Source of the DNA: Octopus sinensis
Taxonomy: Eukaryota
Length of the DNA stretch: 64,000 nt
Direction of reading: 5' to 3'
Assembly: GCF_006345805.1 (NCBI RefSeq)
Contig: NC_043009.1
Location: 28,024,001-28,088,000 of the forward strand
Within the stretch, counting starts at the first letter, position 1. The number at the start of each line of letters is the position of its first letter. The notes under the pieces are model-generated. The model was not told the DNA's origin. It ran no database searches and worked only from the letters and a program-made list of their open reading frames with translations. Positions 1 through 12,474 of this stretch are shown one piece after another. Made by a program: the position numbers and the translations under genes.

Positions 1-141
1 TGATATGAATATTTGTTTTCTTTAAGTTCGAGCCCTAGGAATCATAAGGTGTCAGTTACCTGATTTTCATAGAGTATATGTGATTAAGCTCACTACATTC
101 TCTTGAATGGTATGCTAGTCCATCAAGGCCAGCATAGTTTT

Positions 142-388
142 TAAACATAGTTTTTTTCTTCTTTTTTTTGTAGTTAAATCCATGATTTCATTAAAAAATT
201 CAGTGAGAATTACACATGCACTTTCTCCCTTTTATGAGACAAAGTTGCATTTCAACAGAATAAATATTTGTTCTAAAAAGGCAAAGCAATATAACTCTTG
301 CCTAATTTATTTCGTGTTAACATTTTCAACCTGGAATGCCACACACGTCTTTTTAAACAAATCATCAACTATAGATGTCTATCTGTGT

Positions 389-430
<42 letters not shown>

Positions 431-432
431 AC

Positions 433-481
<49 letters not shown>

Positions 482-570
482 AATAAACTATATATATATA
501 TAATTTGATTTTTTTTGTTGTTGCATAGATTTATATATACATATATATATATATATAGATAGATAGATAG

Positions 571-620
<50 letters not shown>
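142..620. repeat. Dispersed duplication, copy 1 (copy 2 starts at 2574; offset 2432 bp)
   Basis: About 250 bp of unique sequence from taaacatagtttttttcttc appears identical to 2574 onward by eye, followed by the same (CA)n / aaataaac...ttgcatagatttat / (GATA)(CA)n modules. Confidence 0.9.
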
Positions 621-625
<5 letters not shown>

Positions 626-626
<1 letters not shown>

Positions 627-818
627 TTTGAGGGGAGGGGGGGGGGGCAAGTTGATTACAGTGACCCCTCACTTCATGACTGATACATTATTTTATTTGA
701 CTCTGAAAGGATGAAAAGCAAAGGTGAACTTGGAGAGATTTAAACTCAGAATGTAAAGAACCAGAAGAAATGCTGTTTAGCATTTTGTCCAACATGCTAA
801 TGATTCTGCCAGCTCACT
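626..818 (-). mobile_element. tRNA-type SINE family A
   Basis: Reverse complement of the family A copy at 17719-17933 (ggatgaaa..caaagg core, aactcagaatgtaaag B-box region, ttctgccagctc head). Confidence 0.8.
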
Positions 819-1086
819 AAAAAAAATGCTGGATTGAAAGATGTCCGAGGAACCAAATAAATTTTAGATGTACAAGAGGTCAGTTAAGTAAGATGTATGT
901 GAGAAAGGAATTACATGAATTGATTTGGATAAGCTTTATTTCAGAAGTTAAAATCTTCAACTTAGCATTGGTTGGTAATGGTATCAATTGATGGCATTTA
1001 TAGTAAAGCAATGAATTGGTTCGGTGATGGACTGGTGTCCCATTTAGGAATGGAATGTTGTGATCTTAAACACAGGAACTGGTCAC

Positions 1087-1394
1087 TGGCACTTTGTCGG
1101 TTATGATAACAAGGATTCAATGGAACAGCCTGCTCATAGAATTAATGTTCAAAGTGACTGAGTAATCTACAGATACACGTACCCTTAATGTAGTTCTGAA
1201 GGAGATTCAGCATGACACAAAATATGTCACAGAATGGCTCCTTTGAATTACAGATACAACTCATTTTTGCCGGCTAAGTGAACTGGAGCAATGTGAAATA
1301 AAGTATCTTGTGAAAGAACACAAAGCATTGCCAGGAATTGAACTTATGACCTTATGATCATGGGATGAACACCCTAACCACCAAGCCATGTGCC
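1087..1394 (-). mobile_element. tRNA-type SINE family C
   Basis: ggaattgaac...accctaaccacc tRNA-like head in reverse; body shared with 11075-11380 and 62226-62548. Confidence 0.8.
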
Positions 1395-2147
1395 TATGAG
1401 TCCTTGGACATGAGACTGTACTGTCCAAGGGAAATGAATTGATTGGTGAGGAGTTGTTTTGGTAATGAATTAGTGGTGATGCAACTAGGATGTAACTGGG
1501 GATAATGAGTGACAACAGATATGTTGCCTTAGGTAAGTGAAATATGGAGTCTGAAGTAAAATGAGTACAAAATTTCATAAAGTTTTAATTAAGAAAATAG
1601 AAGCTAAAATGAATCCTGATTTCATTTTTTTTGTTGTTGTTGTTGCATAGATACACAAAATTAATGCAGAAATTTAAAAATGATTTGAAACGTAAACAAG
1701 AATATATTTGTCATTTTTTTCATCCTAATTTTACCTATTACTGAATGAAAGCGAATCATAAATTCAATTGTTCAAAAGATTAAATATTAAAAGGAAAATA
1801 AATTGATTCTTTCCAGTGTTGCTGATAACCTGTATATTTATAATCAAAATAAAAATAAAAATTTACATTTTCTTGATGCAATTCAAAGACACAAAATACA
1901 GATTAAAAAGAAAAAAAATCTGTATATGTGCATCACTGAAAGATGTCTATCTTCTGTGGATAACAATTAATACTGAATTCACTTCGATAACAAAGTAAGA
2001 GAAAAAATCAGCAAAAATATTGGTTTTGAAATTTAATCAACACAGTATTTTGTAGTATAAGACAGATATGGTATAAGACTTGCGTTGCAGGTTAAATTTT
2101 GTCACTCATGTCTGAATATAGCATATTAACCAGCAAAAGTATACACT

Positions 2148-2352
2148 GGTTTTAGATTTTGGTACAAAGCCAGCAATTTCAGGAAAGGGGTGAAGTTGCT
2201 AACATTGACCTCAGTATTCAACTGGTACTTATTTTATCGACCCTGAAAGGATAAAAGGCAAAGCTGACCTCAGCAAAATTTAGATTCAGAACATAAAGAT
2301 GCATGAAATGTCCTCAAAAATTTCTGGGCAGTATGCTAACAATTCTGTCAAC
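2148..2352 (-). mobile_element. tRNA-type SINE family A, followed by a second partial head to about 2457
   Basis: caactggtacttattttatcgaccctgaaaggataaaaggcaaagctgacctc core shared with other family A copies. Confidence 0.8.
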
Positions 2353-2573
2353 TAACAATATACTTTGGTAGAATTTGAACTCAGAACATAAAGACTGACA
2401 AAAGGTTGCTAAGGTTTTTTTCCCAGCATGCTAACATTTTTGCCAGCTCACTGCCTTATTAACTAACAACAGTGTTTATTACCAGATTAGAACAACATAG
2501 AAACAGTCATATCAAATGCTATCTACTTTTTCTCAAACAAACATTTCTTGCTACCAAATGGTGCAGATGTGAA

Positions 2574-2831
2574 TAAACATAGTTTTTTTCTTCTTTTTTT
2601 TGTAGTTAAATCCATGATTTCATTAAAAAATTCAGTGAGAATTACACATGCACTTTCTCCCTTTTATGAGACAAAGTTGCATTTCAACAGAATAAATATT
2701 TGTTCTAAAAAGGCAAAGCAATATAACTCTTGCCTAATTTATTTCGTGTTAACATTTTCAACCTGGAATGCCACACACGTCTTTTTAAACAAATCATCAA
2801 CTATAGATGTCTATCTGTGTATACACACACA

Positions 2832-2862
<31 letters not shown>

Positions 2863-2994
2863 TACACACACATACATACACACACACACACACATATATA
2901 AATAAACTATATATATATATAATTTGATTTTTTTTGTTGTTGCATAGATTTATATATACATATATATATAATATATATATATAGATAGATAGAT

Positions 2995-3065
<71 letters not shown>

Positions 3066-3172
3066 CTATATATATATAATTTGATTTTTTTGTTGTTGCA
3101 TAGATTTATATATACATATATATATATATATAGATAGATAGATAGATACATACATACACACACACACACACA

Positions 3173-3211
<39 letters not shown>

Positions 3212-3260
3212 CTATATATATAATTTGATTTTTTGTTGTTCATAGATTTATATATAATAT
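2574..3260. repeat. Duplication copy 2 with tandem re-iteration of the aaataaac...ttgcatagatttat module
   Basis: Module seen at 481, 2900, 3059 and 3205, each embedded in (TA)n/(CA)n/(GATA)n. Confidence 0.9.
2632..2704 (-). CDS. Speculative terminal coding exon (R)TNIYSVEMQLCLIKGRKCMCNSH*
   Basis: Acceptor attgctttgcctttttag, phase 2, TGA at 2634-2632, AATAAA about 150 nt downstream. No homology recognised. An identical copy lies at 200-272. Confidence 0.15.
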
Positions 3261-3713
3261 ATATATATATATACATACATACATACATACATATATACAT
3301 ACATAGATGTTGACATATATATATACATATATAATATATATGTATTTCTACACAAACACATACAAACACACATATACACATATATACATATGTATATAGA
3401 CGCTTCTATATATATGTATATGCATACATTCACATGTCTACATTTATGTATGTTGTATATCTCAGAGATTGCAATCTTGTTAACAGTGAAATAATCTAGG
3501 GAAAAAAATGCCTGGAATATGTGCACTTTACATTATGATAACCTATATTGTCTGAACAGCGTTAGTATTATGTTATAATAAATGGAATTAGATATGGCCT
3601 GAACTCCCTTTAATTATTTGTGAAATTAATTCATGGGTAAATACAACATTTAGCCTTCTCACTGACATTATAAATGTTTTACTAACATTCTTTAATTGTA
3701 ATGTTACTTGTAC

Positions 3714-3780
3714 CTCAATGTTGGAATCAGAGTTCTTTGGGTCAAACAAGAATGAATCAATTCAGTTCTTTTTATATTTC
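3714..3780 (-). CDS. Speculative internal exon (G)[21 protein letters not shown](R)
   Basis: Strong acceptor ctccttttttttcttctttctgcaacag, donor GAG/gtacaa, 67 nt, only one of three frames open. No homology recognised. Confidence 0.25.
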
Positions 3781-3884
3781 CTGTTGCAGAAAGAAGAAAA
3801 AAAAGGAGAAGAATTATTACAAAACCCCGACAAAAAGCAGTGGAATATTGTTGTTGAAAGAATAAATATACCAGAGAGCAATAT

Positions 3885-3896
3885 AAGTATATATAT

Positions 3897-3969
<73 letters not shown>

Positions 3970-3992
3970 TATATATATATGTATATGTATGC

Positions 3993-4040
<48 letters not shown>

Positions 4041-4120
4041 GTATGTATATATGTATGTATGTATGTGTATGTATATATATGTATGTATGTGTATGTATAT
4101 ATATATATATATATATATAT
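3885..4120. repeat. (TA)n / (TATG)n microsatellite
   Basis: Direct reading. Confidence 0.95.
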
Positions 4121-4182
4121 AAAGGAAATTCAATGTGAAAGAAAATGCTGTACCTAAATTAATTTTTTACAATGTGTGTGTA

Positions 4183-4587
4183 GGCACATAAGCACAGGTG
4201 AATCTGTGTGGTAAGAAGATTAGTTCTGAAGCACAAGGTTCCAGGTTCAGTCCAAGGCCTACTCCATGGCAGCTTGAGCAAGTGACTTCTACAATTGCCT
4301 CAGGCTGAACAAAGCCTTGCCAATGGAATTGGCCAATGGAAACTGTAAGAAGTTCATTGTATATTTGTGTGTGTGTGTGTGTGTGCATGCGTGTATGTCT
4401 TTGTGCTTGAGTTTGTCTCCCTCTCCCCACAGCTTGACAACTGGTTCTAGTGTGTTTTATATCCTCGTAACATAGTGGTCTGGCAAATAAAACTGATAGA
4501 GTAAGTACTAGGCCTAAAAAGAAAACAGGACTGATATGTTCTATATGGCAATGCTCCAACATGGCCAAAACAGATAAAAGAAAGATA
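4183..4587 (+). mobile_element. tRNA-type SINE family B, full length
   Basis: ctgtgtggtaagaag..ccaggttcagtcc head, internal (TG)n, gcttgacaac..gtgttt..ctccaacatggcc tail; shared with about 20 copies in the window. Confidence 0.85.
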
Positions 4588-5274
4588 TGGTGTGTATATC
4601 TTTGTGTGTCTGATGAATGCACGTGCATCACCTGTGTTGGTGTTACCTGTAATGGAAAATCTGCATTGTCTATGGGGGTAGGTGCTTCCTTTAGATGAAG
4701 ACAATCAAAGGAAACACACATACACACACGCGCATACATATATATTCACATACATGAACACACACATGCATATATACATATATATTCACATACATGCAGA
4801 CACACAGGCATATATATACATATATATTCAAACATACGTACATGCATATATATATATTCACAAAACATGCACATACGCACACATGCATATATACACATAT
4901 ATTCACATACACACACATACATTTATGCATATATATTCACATACATGCACATAGATATACATCTGCATGTATGTGCATATGTGTGGTTTTAGTGAATGGT
5001 TTTGGCCTGAATGAAGTGACCATGTCCATGACCATTGCTGGCTCAATATGACAAGTAAGGCCAACTTAGTTCGTATACACACATAGATATAAGGAGAATA
5101 ATGTTCTTAAAGCTGCAATTTACTCACAGGCAGCATTTTTAAGAGTGTGTTGTTAATTCAGTTCTTAACCAAATTGAAAACTGTTAATGCTTTTGAAGAG
5201 GGTTGGTCCCTAGCTACATCTTGGCATGAACAAATTGAGATTTGATCCAGTAGATAAAGTTTATGTCAAAATTA

Positions 5275-5785
5275 TAGCAATGTTATTGGAGAGTAAGTGA
5301 CACCACCAACAAAGTTTAAATCTAATTAACTTCTTTATTTCAAAAGCAAAATATATTTATCTTAGCTTCAATGATAGAAAAAAGCATGAATAATTTCATA
5401 GTTTTTGTCCCATGCAACAAAAGTTTGTATCAAAAAAGTTGTGAGGTAAAATATCATGAAAAAATATAAGGCAAAAAATTGGATTTAAGTATAATTAACT
5501 TTTTTTATTTTAAAAACAAACTATATTTTAATTAAGCTTAAATGATAGAGCTCAATTCGAGAAATTTCATGGTATCAATATCAAGCAATGAAGTTTTAAA
5601 AGAAAAAGTTGTGAGTGTTTGTTTCTCAAATTTGAGGGTGATAATATAGTTCTATATCTTTTTAATGAATATAGTCATATAAGGGGACTTTTAATATATG
5701 TCACCAGTGTCATTGAGCTAAGGAAAAAATTGTCAACGACACCACCAATTGACACATTTGTCACTTTATTAATTAGCATAATAGC
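5275..5785. mobile_element. Unclassified repeat with about 170-bp degenerate internal tandem unit; possibly a non-autonomous Helitron-like element
   Basis: aattaactt..ttattt..aaa..gctt.aatgatag..aaaaagttgtgag occurs at about 5322-5445 and 5491-5616; gacaccacca occurs near both ends. Classification is inference. Confidence 0.3.
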
Positions 5786-5868
5786 ATAGCCTGAAAAAAA
5801 AAACATGGATTACATAGAAAAATGCAAGCAAGAGAAATAATATTCCATAATTTCTATGATATAGATTG

Positions 5869-6445
5869 TAAACCAGGAAAATTACAAGATAAGTTAATAC
5901 ACTTAGAAAAGTTCAGGACAAGTTATTAATTCTGGTTAAGTATACAAAAAGGAATTTTTATTTAAAATATTGCAGCTAAGGATAAAATTTGAATATTAAA
6001 AATTATTTAATTTTAATTTACAAAGTAACATTATAATTGAAATAGGTACCATCATTTTGTTAAAATATTGACTCACTAGAATACTTAAAAAATGAGAACC
6101 AGAAGTACCAATATAACTAAAGTTCTATGCAAAGTAAAATAGTGTATATGGTAGCTAAATTCATTATGAATAAAAACAGGCATTGGGTCAAGACTAAAAA
6201 TGTAAAGACTTGGCAATTTTTCTAAAGTACAGAAAATATTCTAATCGACTTATTTTTAATTTTTAATAGAAGTAACAAGTAATAACAAATGGAAGTGATA
6301 ACTTGTAATAACATTTTTAGTTTTAATAAAAGCTAATATTTTCTAAATCTAGATATTTTATTTGAAATTTTATCCTTAGCTGCAAATATTTCAAGCAAAA
6401 ATTTCCTTGTTTTGTAATGATTTGTCCTGAACTTTTCCAGGTTTA
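5869..6445. mobile_element. MITE-like element with long imperfect terminal inverted repeats
   Basis: taaaccaggaaaa / ttttccaggttta ends; gaaaagttcaggacaa and tgcagctaaggataaaattt occur on opposite strands in the two arms; TA at both ends. Confidence 0.65.
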
Positions 6446-6494
6446 TAACATTATTTCTCTTGCTCACATTTTTTTCATGTAATATGATTATGTA

Positions 6495-6496
<2 letters not shown>

Positions 6497-6571
<75 letters not shown>

Positions 6572-6592
6572 GTCTATCTATCTGTCTGTTTG

Positions 6593-6649
<57 letters not shown>

Positions 6650-6660
6650 TTATCTATCTG

Positions 6661-6739
<79 letters not shown>

Positions 6740-6745
6740 GTCAGT
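6497..6745. repeat. (TATC)n microsatellite
   Basis: Direct reading. Confidence 0.95.
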
Positions 6746-6821
6746 CAGTCTGTCTGCCTGTGTGTCTATCTATGTGTGTATCAGTCTGTCTGTCCATTTG
6801 TCAGTCTATTTTTCTATCTGC

Positions 6822-6860
<39 letters not shown>

Positions 6861-7451
6861 GTTGAGAAGCAAACTTCTTACCACACAGCCATGCCTGCAC
6901 CTGTACGCAAGAGAGAAGGTGAGACTGAAAAAGAAATGAAGTCACAGAGAAGCACTGACTTAACCATGAACTGAAGCATAATTCTCTGATTTTGGCTGCC
7001 AACATCAAAACTGCACATAAAATAATAAAATAAATTGTGAGGAGGAGTCAGAGTAGAGCAGCTAAGTTAGTGCTAACGACTCTAATTAAAGTGGCTAGTA
7101 AATGAAAACCTAAACAGATGTATAGATGTACGATTTTATTGGAACTAGATAATTGTCTTATTAAATGCCAATTTACATTTAATTAAATTTGCATTCAGTA
7201 TATAATGAATCATTAGTGTATTTTCATTTTCATTGTCTACAAAAGAGAAAGAAATTGACAATAAATACAAAAAGTATATAAACAAAAGTATAATATGCAA
7301 TACATACATATATATAGATGTATGTATATGTATGTAAGTATAATGTGCATATATATATACAGATGTAAATGTATATATGCATTCACACACACACACACAT
7401 AAAAGTACATATATATGGACACATACACAGACATGTAAATGTGTATTTATT

Positions 7452-7520
<69 letters not shown>

Positions 7521-7526
7521 ATATAT

Positions 7527-7687
7527 AGGTGCAGGTATGGCTGTGTGGTAAGGAACTTGCTTCTCAGCCGCATACTTCTGGGTTCCATTTCACTGTATAA
7601 CACCTTGGGCAAATGACTCCTGCTATAGATTTGTTCAGCCAAAGCCCTGTGGATGGATTTGATAGATGGAATTTCAAACAGGCCTGT

Positions 7688-7690
<3 letters not shown>
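7527..7690 (+). mobile_element. SINE family B, 5' half
   Basis: ggtgcaggtatggctgtgtggtaagg..gggttccatttcactg..caccttgggcaa. Confidence 0.8.
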
Positions 7691-7738
<48 letters not shown>

Positions 7739-8072
7739 TATATATATACATACATATATACATATATGTTTTTGGTGTGAATGGTTTTGCTATACAGCAC
7801 CGGGTTTTACAATCCTGTAAACAAGAATAATAATGGTATTTGTATAAGCCTAAAGCTTATAGTGATCACTGTGCAATGACTAACAAAAATAGTCTAATAA
7901 TGGGGCATATAAGCCCTTGAAAGAAAAAAGGCTTTCCTATCCATGTGGGACTCAACCCCACATCTCTTGTTAATGCGACTAAGTGAATTACCATTAGACC
8001 ACCGGATTAGCCTCATATATATATACCGTATATATTGTATATATATATATATATAGATATATATATATATAG

Positions 8073-8130
<58 letters not shown>

Positions 8131-8169
8131 AATATATATATATATATATATATTGTACACACATGTATG

Positions 8170-8445
8170 CAGCAGAAGTCTAAGGCTCTGGTCGGGTACG
8201 ATGGGCTTCTTGTATATAAATATGAGTGTGTGTGTGTGTGTATGTGTCTTTGTGTCTATATATGTCCGCCCCCACCACTTAACAACCGGCATTGGTGTGT
8301 TTACATCCCCATAACTTAGTGGTTTGACAAAAGTGACTGATAGAATAAATACCAGCCTTAAAAAGAAATTAAGTGTTGGAGTTGATTCATCGACTAAAAT
8401 TTCTTCAAGGAGGTGCCCCAGCGTGGCCATGGTCTTGTGACTAAT
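8170..8445 (+). mobile_element. SINE family B, 3' part
   Basis: cacttaacaaccggcattggtgtgtttacatcccc..gaggtgccccagcgtggcc. Confidence 0.75.
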
Positions 8446-8976
8446 ACAAGAAAAAGATGCAAAGTTGAAAAAAAGATATATATATATATATGTGCAGTAT
8501 GTGTGTACGTGAGTATTGCATGTGAGTGTGTGTGTGTATGTGTGTGGATGTATAGTTATTGTTGTTGAAGCTATATGTATGCAGCTGTGTTGTAGCCTTC
8601 ACTGGAACAAAAACACTAAAAGACAAGTAGAGGAGTTTTGTTTTCTTTGTATTCTTGTGTTTGATCCATTTGGTCATTCAGGCCAGTCGATTTGTTATAT
8701 TTAAAATATTATACTTTCAAAGAATATTATCAGAACAGTTAAAGCCTAGACCTCAAAGACAAGTCCCAGTTGTGTCATATTGGTGTAGAACAAATTAGAT
8801 AAACCATTATCATCTATTTAATGTTGTGGTTCTTTAGAACTTAAAAAACATAGAAATCATGAATTATTTTCTCAAAATTCTCATCATTTTGCTTTGAGAT
8901 ATTTGTGTCTAGTTTCTGTCTGTTTAGTCTAAATGTTTTCATTTACCACTGTTTGAATATTTTAAGCTTTTCTCAC

Positions 8977-9052
8977 CAATGAAGTTGCATAAATGTTTAC
9001 ACAAGCTCAGTGATAGGAATGCCACCAAAATGGCCACCAATGTTTTACTCAT
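8977..9052 (-). CDS. Speculative first coding exon MSKTLVAILVAFLSLSLCKHLCNFI(G), signal-peptide-like
   Basis: ATG at 9052-9050, 25 codons plus 1 nt, donor G/gtgaga, basic N-region then hydrophobic core. The ATG lies in the decayed end of a MITE. Confidence 0.2.
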
Positions 9053-9273
9053 TCAGCATTTAAACCATCCATGTTCAGCCTAAATATTCTGCCTAGTTTA
9101 TGATCAAACGGACTAGATCTGGCTTCTCACACCTACCCTACAATGTGATTCCAAATGTATACAATGACATCATTGAAATCTCGAAGCTCTAAGATAATGC
9201 ATGGTTAATTCAAAACAATGTGAATAAATAAATATTTCCTTTTGACAGGATAATCTGAATGCTAAAGGGTTGA
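9045..9273 (-). mobile_element. TTAA-type (piggyBac-like) MITE, degenerate
   Basis: Reverse complement of 19804-20023; one end intact (aatgctaaagggttga). Confidence 0.7.
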
Positions 9274-9447
9274 GCCTTGATGTTTTCCAGGTAAGGATTA
9301 ATTTCTATGTAAATCCTCCTGGTGTTAATTCAAGTGCCAAACAGGAAAGAGGTTGAATGAGAAATAAATTGTATTTCATTGACAAAACTGCTTTGTTGTA
9401 TCCATAGATATAACGTGGTATTGTACAAAGTAATAATTGACACTTAT

Positions 9448-9652
9448 TGTGGCACAAGGCCAGCAATTTTGAAGGGGGGGGGAAGTCAATTACATCAACA
9501 CCAGTGCTCAACAGGTTCTTGTTTTATCGGCCCTCAAAGGATGACAGGCAAGCTCGACCTTGGCAGCATTTGAACTCAGAATGTGAAGAGCTGAAAAAAA
9601 TACCATTGAGCATTTTGTCCAGTGTAGTAACGATTCTGCCAGTGCATAGCCT
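9448..9652 (-). mobile_element. SINE family A
   Basis: ggcacaaggccagcaattttg..aaggatgacaggcaagctcgacc..aacgattctgccag. Confidence 0.8.
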
Positions 9653-9690
9653 TGTTGTTATAATAATTAAGAAACATTAACAGACATTAT

Positions 9691-10100
9691 AGGCACAGAT
9701 GTGGGTGTGTGGTAAGAAGCTTGCTTCCCAACAATGTGGTTCTGGGTTCAGTTCTACTGCATAGCAACTTGGGCAAGTATCTTCTGCTATAGCTTCAGGC
9801 AGACCAAAGCCTTGTGAGTAGATTTGGTAGACGGAAACTGAAAGAAGCTCATCACGCAAAGACACACTCAAACATGAGTGTGTGTGTGTGTGTGTGTGTG
9901 TCATTGTCTCTCCGTTTGATAACTGGTATTGGTGTGTTTATGTTCCTGTAACATAGTGGTTCAGCAAAAGAGACTAATAGAATAAGTACTAGGCTTAGAA
10001 AGAAAATAAGTCCTGGGGTCAATTCATTGAACTAAAATTTCTTCAAAGTGGTGCCTCAGCATGGTCACAATCTAGTGATTGAAACAAGTGAAAGATAAAA
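9691..10100 (+). mobile_element. SINE family B, full length
   Basis: Head, internal (TG)n and tail all present. Confidence 0.85.
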
Positions 10101-10534
10101 GTAACATTTTGCTAAACAAATTTACATGAAACTGTAAAGATGCATATGACCCCTTGTGGGTCTGTGGACCATTGGTATCCCAAATATTTTTCTAGAAGAC
10201 ATGATTTTCCATGATTATTTCAAAAGAAATGCCATACTTACAAGTGTATATGGCACTTGTTTTTATTTTTAAATGAATCAAAAACATTACCCTGCATCAA
10301 AAGCACCCATATTATACATTGGAGGCTGAGTGTGGCAGGGGAAGGAGCTGGATGAGCATAAGTTTGTTCCAGGCTACGATAAAATGTTGAAAACAACCCA
10401 AGATATTGCAGTCTGTTTGCACAGACTTATGAGAAAGTGCTTTCAGTACATTTTCGTAATTATGTGGAGAGGTCACATCATTTGGTTGTACCATCTTCAG
10501 CGGCAGATATAATCCAAACCTGATATATGAGTTA

Positions 10535-10902
10535 CACCATTCGAGCGTGATCGTTACCAGCGTTGACTTACTGACACTTGTGACAATGGCACATGAACAA
10601 AACATTTGAGTGAGGTCGGTGCCAGTGTCACTGGACTGGCTCCTGGGCAGGTGGCACATAAAAAACACCATTTGAGCATGGCCATTGCTAGTACCTCCTG
10701 ACTGGCCTTCAAGCTGGTGGCACATAAAAGCACCTACTACACTCTCTGAGTGGTTGGCATTAGGAAGGGCATCCAGCTGTAGAAACTCTGCCAAATCAGA
10801 TTGAAGCCTGGTACCGCCATCTGGTTCGCCAGTCCTCAGTCAAATCGTCCAACCCATGCCAGCATGGAAAGTGGACATTAAACAATGATGATGATGATGA
10901 TG
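10535..10902 (+). mobile_element. RTE-clade LINE 3' end with (GAT)n tail
   Basis: gtggttggcattaggaagggcatccagctgtagaaactctgcc..ccaacccatgccagcatggaaagtggacattaaac(aatgat)n; same family as 26775-27220, which retains the ORF2 C-terminus. Confidence 0.8.
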
Positions 10903-11074
10903 ATTTAAAGACAGTTTTATCTTTAAGAAATATTTCTTAATTACATAAATGAAAAATTCTCCAAGAAAGATGAAAGGAATATTAAATTTTCATCTGCCTC
11001 AAAGCTATTTGCAGTAAGTGGATGACATTAAGACCATAGATGTGGCATGTAAGCTTGGTGACTGATCGTGATTG

Positions 11075-11380
11075 ACTGGAATTCTGTCAGATACAACAAT
11101 GAGAGTTCCAACCAATCTGTTCAATGGAACAGCTTGCTCATGAAATTAATGTGCAAGTGGCTGAGCATTCCACAGATGCATGTGCCCCAAACATAGTTGT
11201 CAGAGAAATTAAGCATGACATAGAATGTGACAAGGCTGGCACTCTGAAATACAAGTACTACTCAGTTTTTGATTTTGCCGGTTGAGTGGACTGGAGCAAT
11301 GTGAGGTAAAGAGTCTTGCTCAAGGACTCAATGAGCTTCAGAGTATCAAACTGATGAGCTGAATGCCTTTACCACAGCCA
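11075..11380 (-). mobile_element. SINE family C
   Basis: ttaatgtgcaagtggctgagcattccacag..gagtggactggagcaatgtga..ttgctcaagga. Confidence 0.75.
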
Positions 11381-11844
11381 AAATCATGAGTTTTCTTTCC
11401 TTTATGACAATTCTCTTGACCAAAACAAACAACTACACAACCGATTTGAAAGAAGATAAAGCTGAAATATGGTACAACCTTAATGTAATTTATTTATAAT
11501 CAATTTATAGTTTCATACCTTATTCCCGTAAATAGTCACAACATTGCATTTTCTTGTACAGAATCATACATTTTCCCACTCTGAAGCTGTTTTAAAATGT
11601 CTTTCAATACATCTACAATGAAATGTGCGAAATCTATTTATTTATTCACTTTTGCTTTGTTATGCTTTTCTGTAAGATGTACTTGTAAAACAGGAGTGTG
11701 TCTTATGCATTGGCAAATATATTAAATATGATAAGAATTGGTCAAGAATGAGAAGACACTAGCAGATGTGCCAGAGCCTCTCTTATACAGACAGGCTGTC
11801 TTCTTGCCATTTTTTCTGTCACCGCTATAATGGTCTCAGAGCTC

Positions 11845-11972
11845 AACTGGGACTTACTTTATTGACTCTGAAAGGATGAAAGGCAAAGTTAACCGTGGCA
11901 GAATTTGGACTCAGAACGTAAAGAGCCAGAAGAAATACCAGCATGATAAAAATCCTATCAGCTCTTTGCCTT
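11845..11972 (-). mobile_element. SINE family A, partial
   Basis: aaggatgaaaggcaaagtt..gaatttggactcagaacgtaaag. Confidence 0.7.
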
Positions 11973-12003
11973 AATAATAATAACAACAACAATAATAATA
12001 AAA

Positions 12004-12450
12004 GCCACCATACTCTGGGATATGCCGATACACACAGATAGAGAAAATAAGGCCAACAGACCAGATATAGTTGTCAAAGATCACGAAGAAAAAAAAATTG
12101 ATGTATCAATACCAGCAGATGACAACGTTTCTCTAAAAGAAATGGAGAAACTTTCCAAATACAAAGACCTGGAAATAGAGGTAAGTAGAATGTGGAATCT
12201 AAAAACAGAAACAATTCCTATCATAGTAGGTTCATTAGGCATGATAAAAAAATATTCAGAGAAATACATAGCAAAAACACCAGGACTTACAAACACATAT
12301 AACATACAGAAAATTGCACTACTAGGCACTGCACACATCCTACGCAGAACACTTTCAATACAGTAACCATCAGAGCATCACAACAAATCACAGCACATAC
12401 CCAAGGCACACAGAGCCGTGCTCGGTAGTGAAGTGAAAGCATGTTATAAG
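12004..12450 (+). mobile_element. R4/Dong-type non-LTR retrotransposon 3' end (restriction-like endonuclease domain plus 3' UTR)
   Basis: Open frame 12007-12366 ILWDMPIHTD..NRPDIVVKD..IDVSIP..KEMEKLSKYKDLEIEV..IPIIVGSLG..IALLGTAHILRRTL* has the PD-(D/E)xK RLE layout of R4/Dong elements; 5'-truncated, flanked by TAA-rich tracts. Confidence 0.85.
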
Positions 12451-12474
12451 AAAAAAAAAAGAAGATAATAATAA

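Noticed and set aside
1640-1665. ttgcatagatacacaaaa, partly similar to miR-153
   Set aside because: Mismatch in the core, no flanking hairpin, and the ttgcatagat word belongs to the local duplicated module.
481-3260. Regularly recurring short unique module that superficially resembles a CRISPR or other repeat-spacer array
   Set aside because: The spacers are microsatellites of variable length in a eukaryotic context with no cas genes.
10288-10525. GC-richer unique stretch with a WD40-like fragment (VWIISAAEDGTTK) on the minus strand and a donor-like site
   Set aside because: A stop follows immediately, no frame is open between plausible splice sites, and the apparent acceptor abuts an RTE insertion.
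11519-11605. Exon-like segment with good minus-strand acceptor and donor (AAG/gtatga)
   Set aside because: All three frames contain stops; could only be non-coding, and nothing else supports it.
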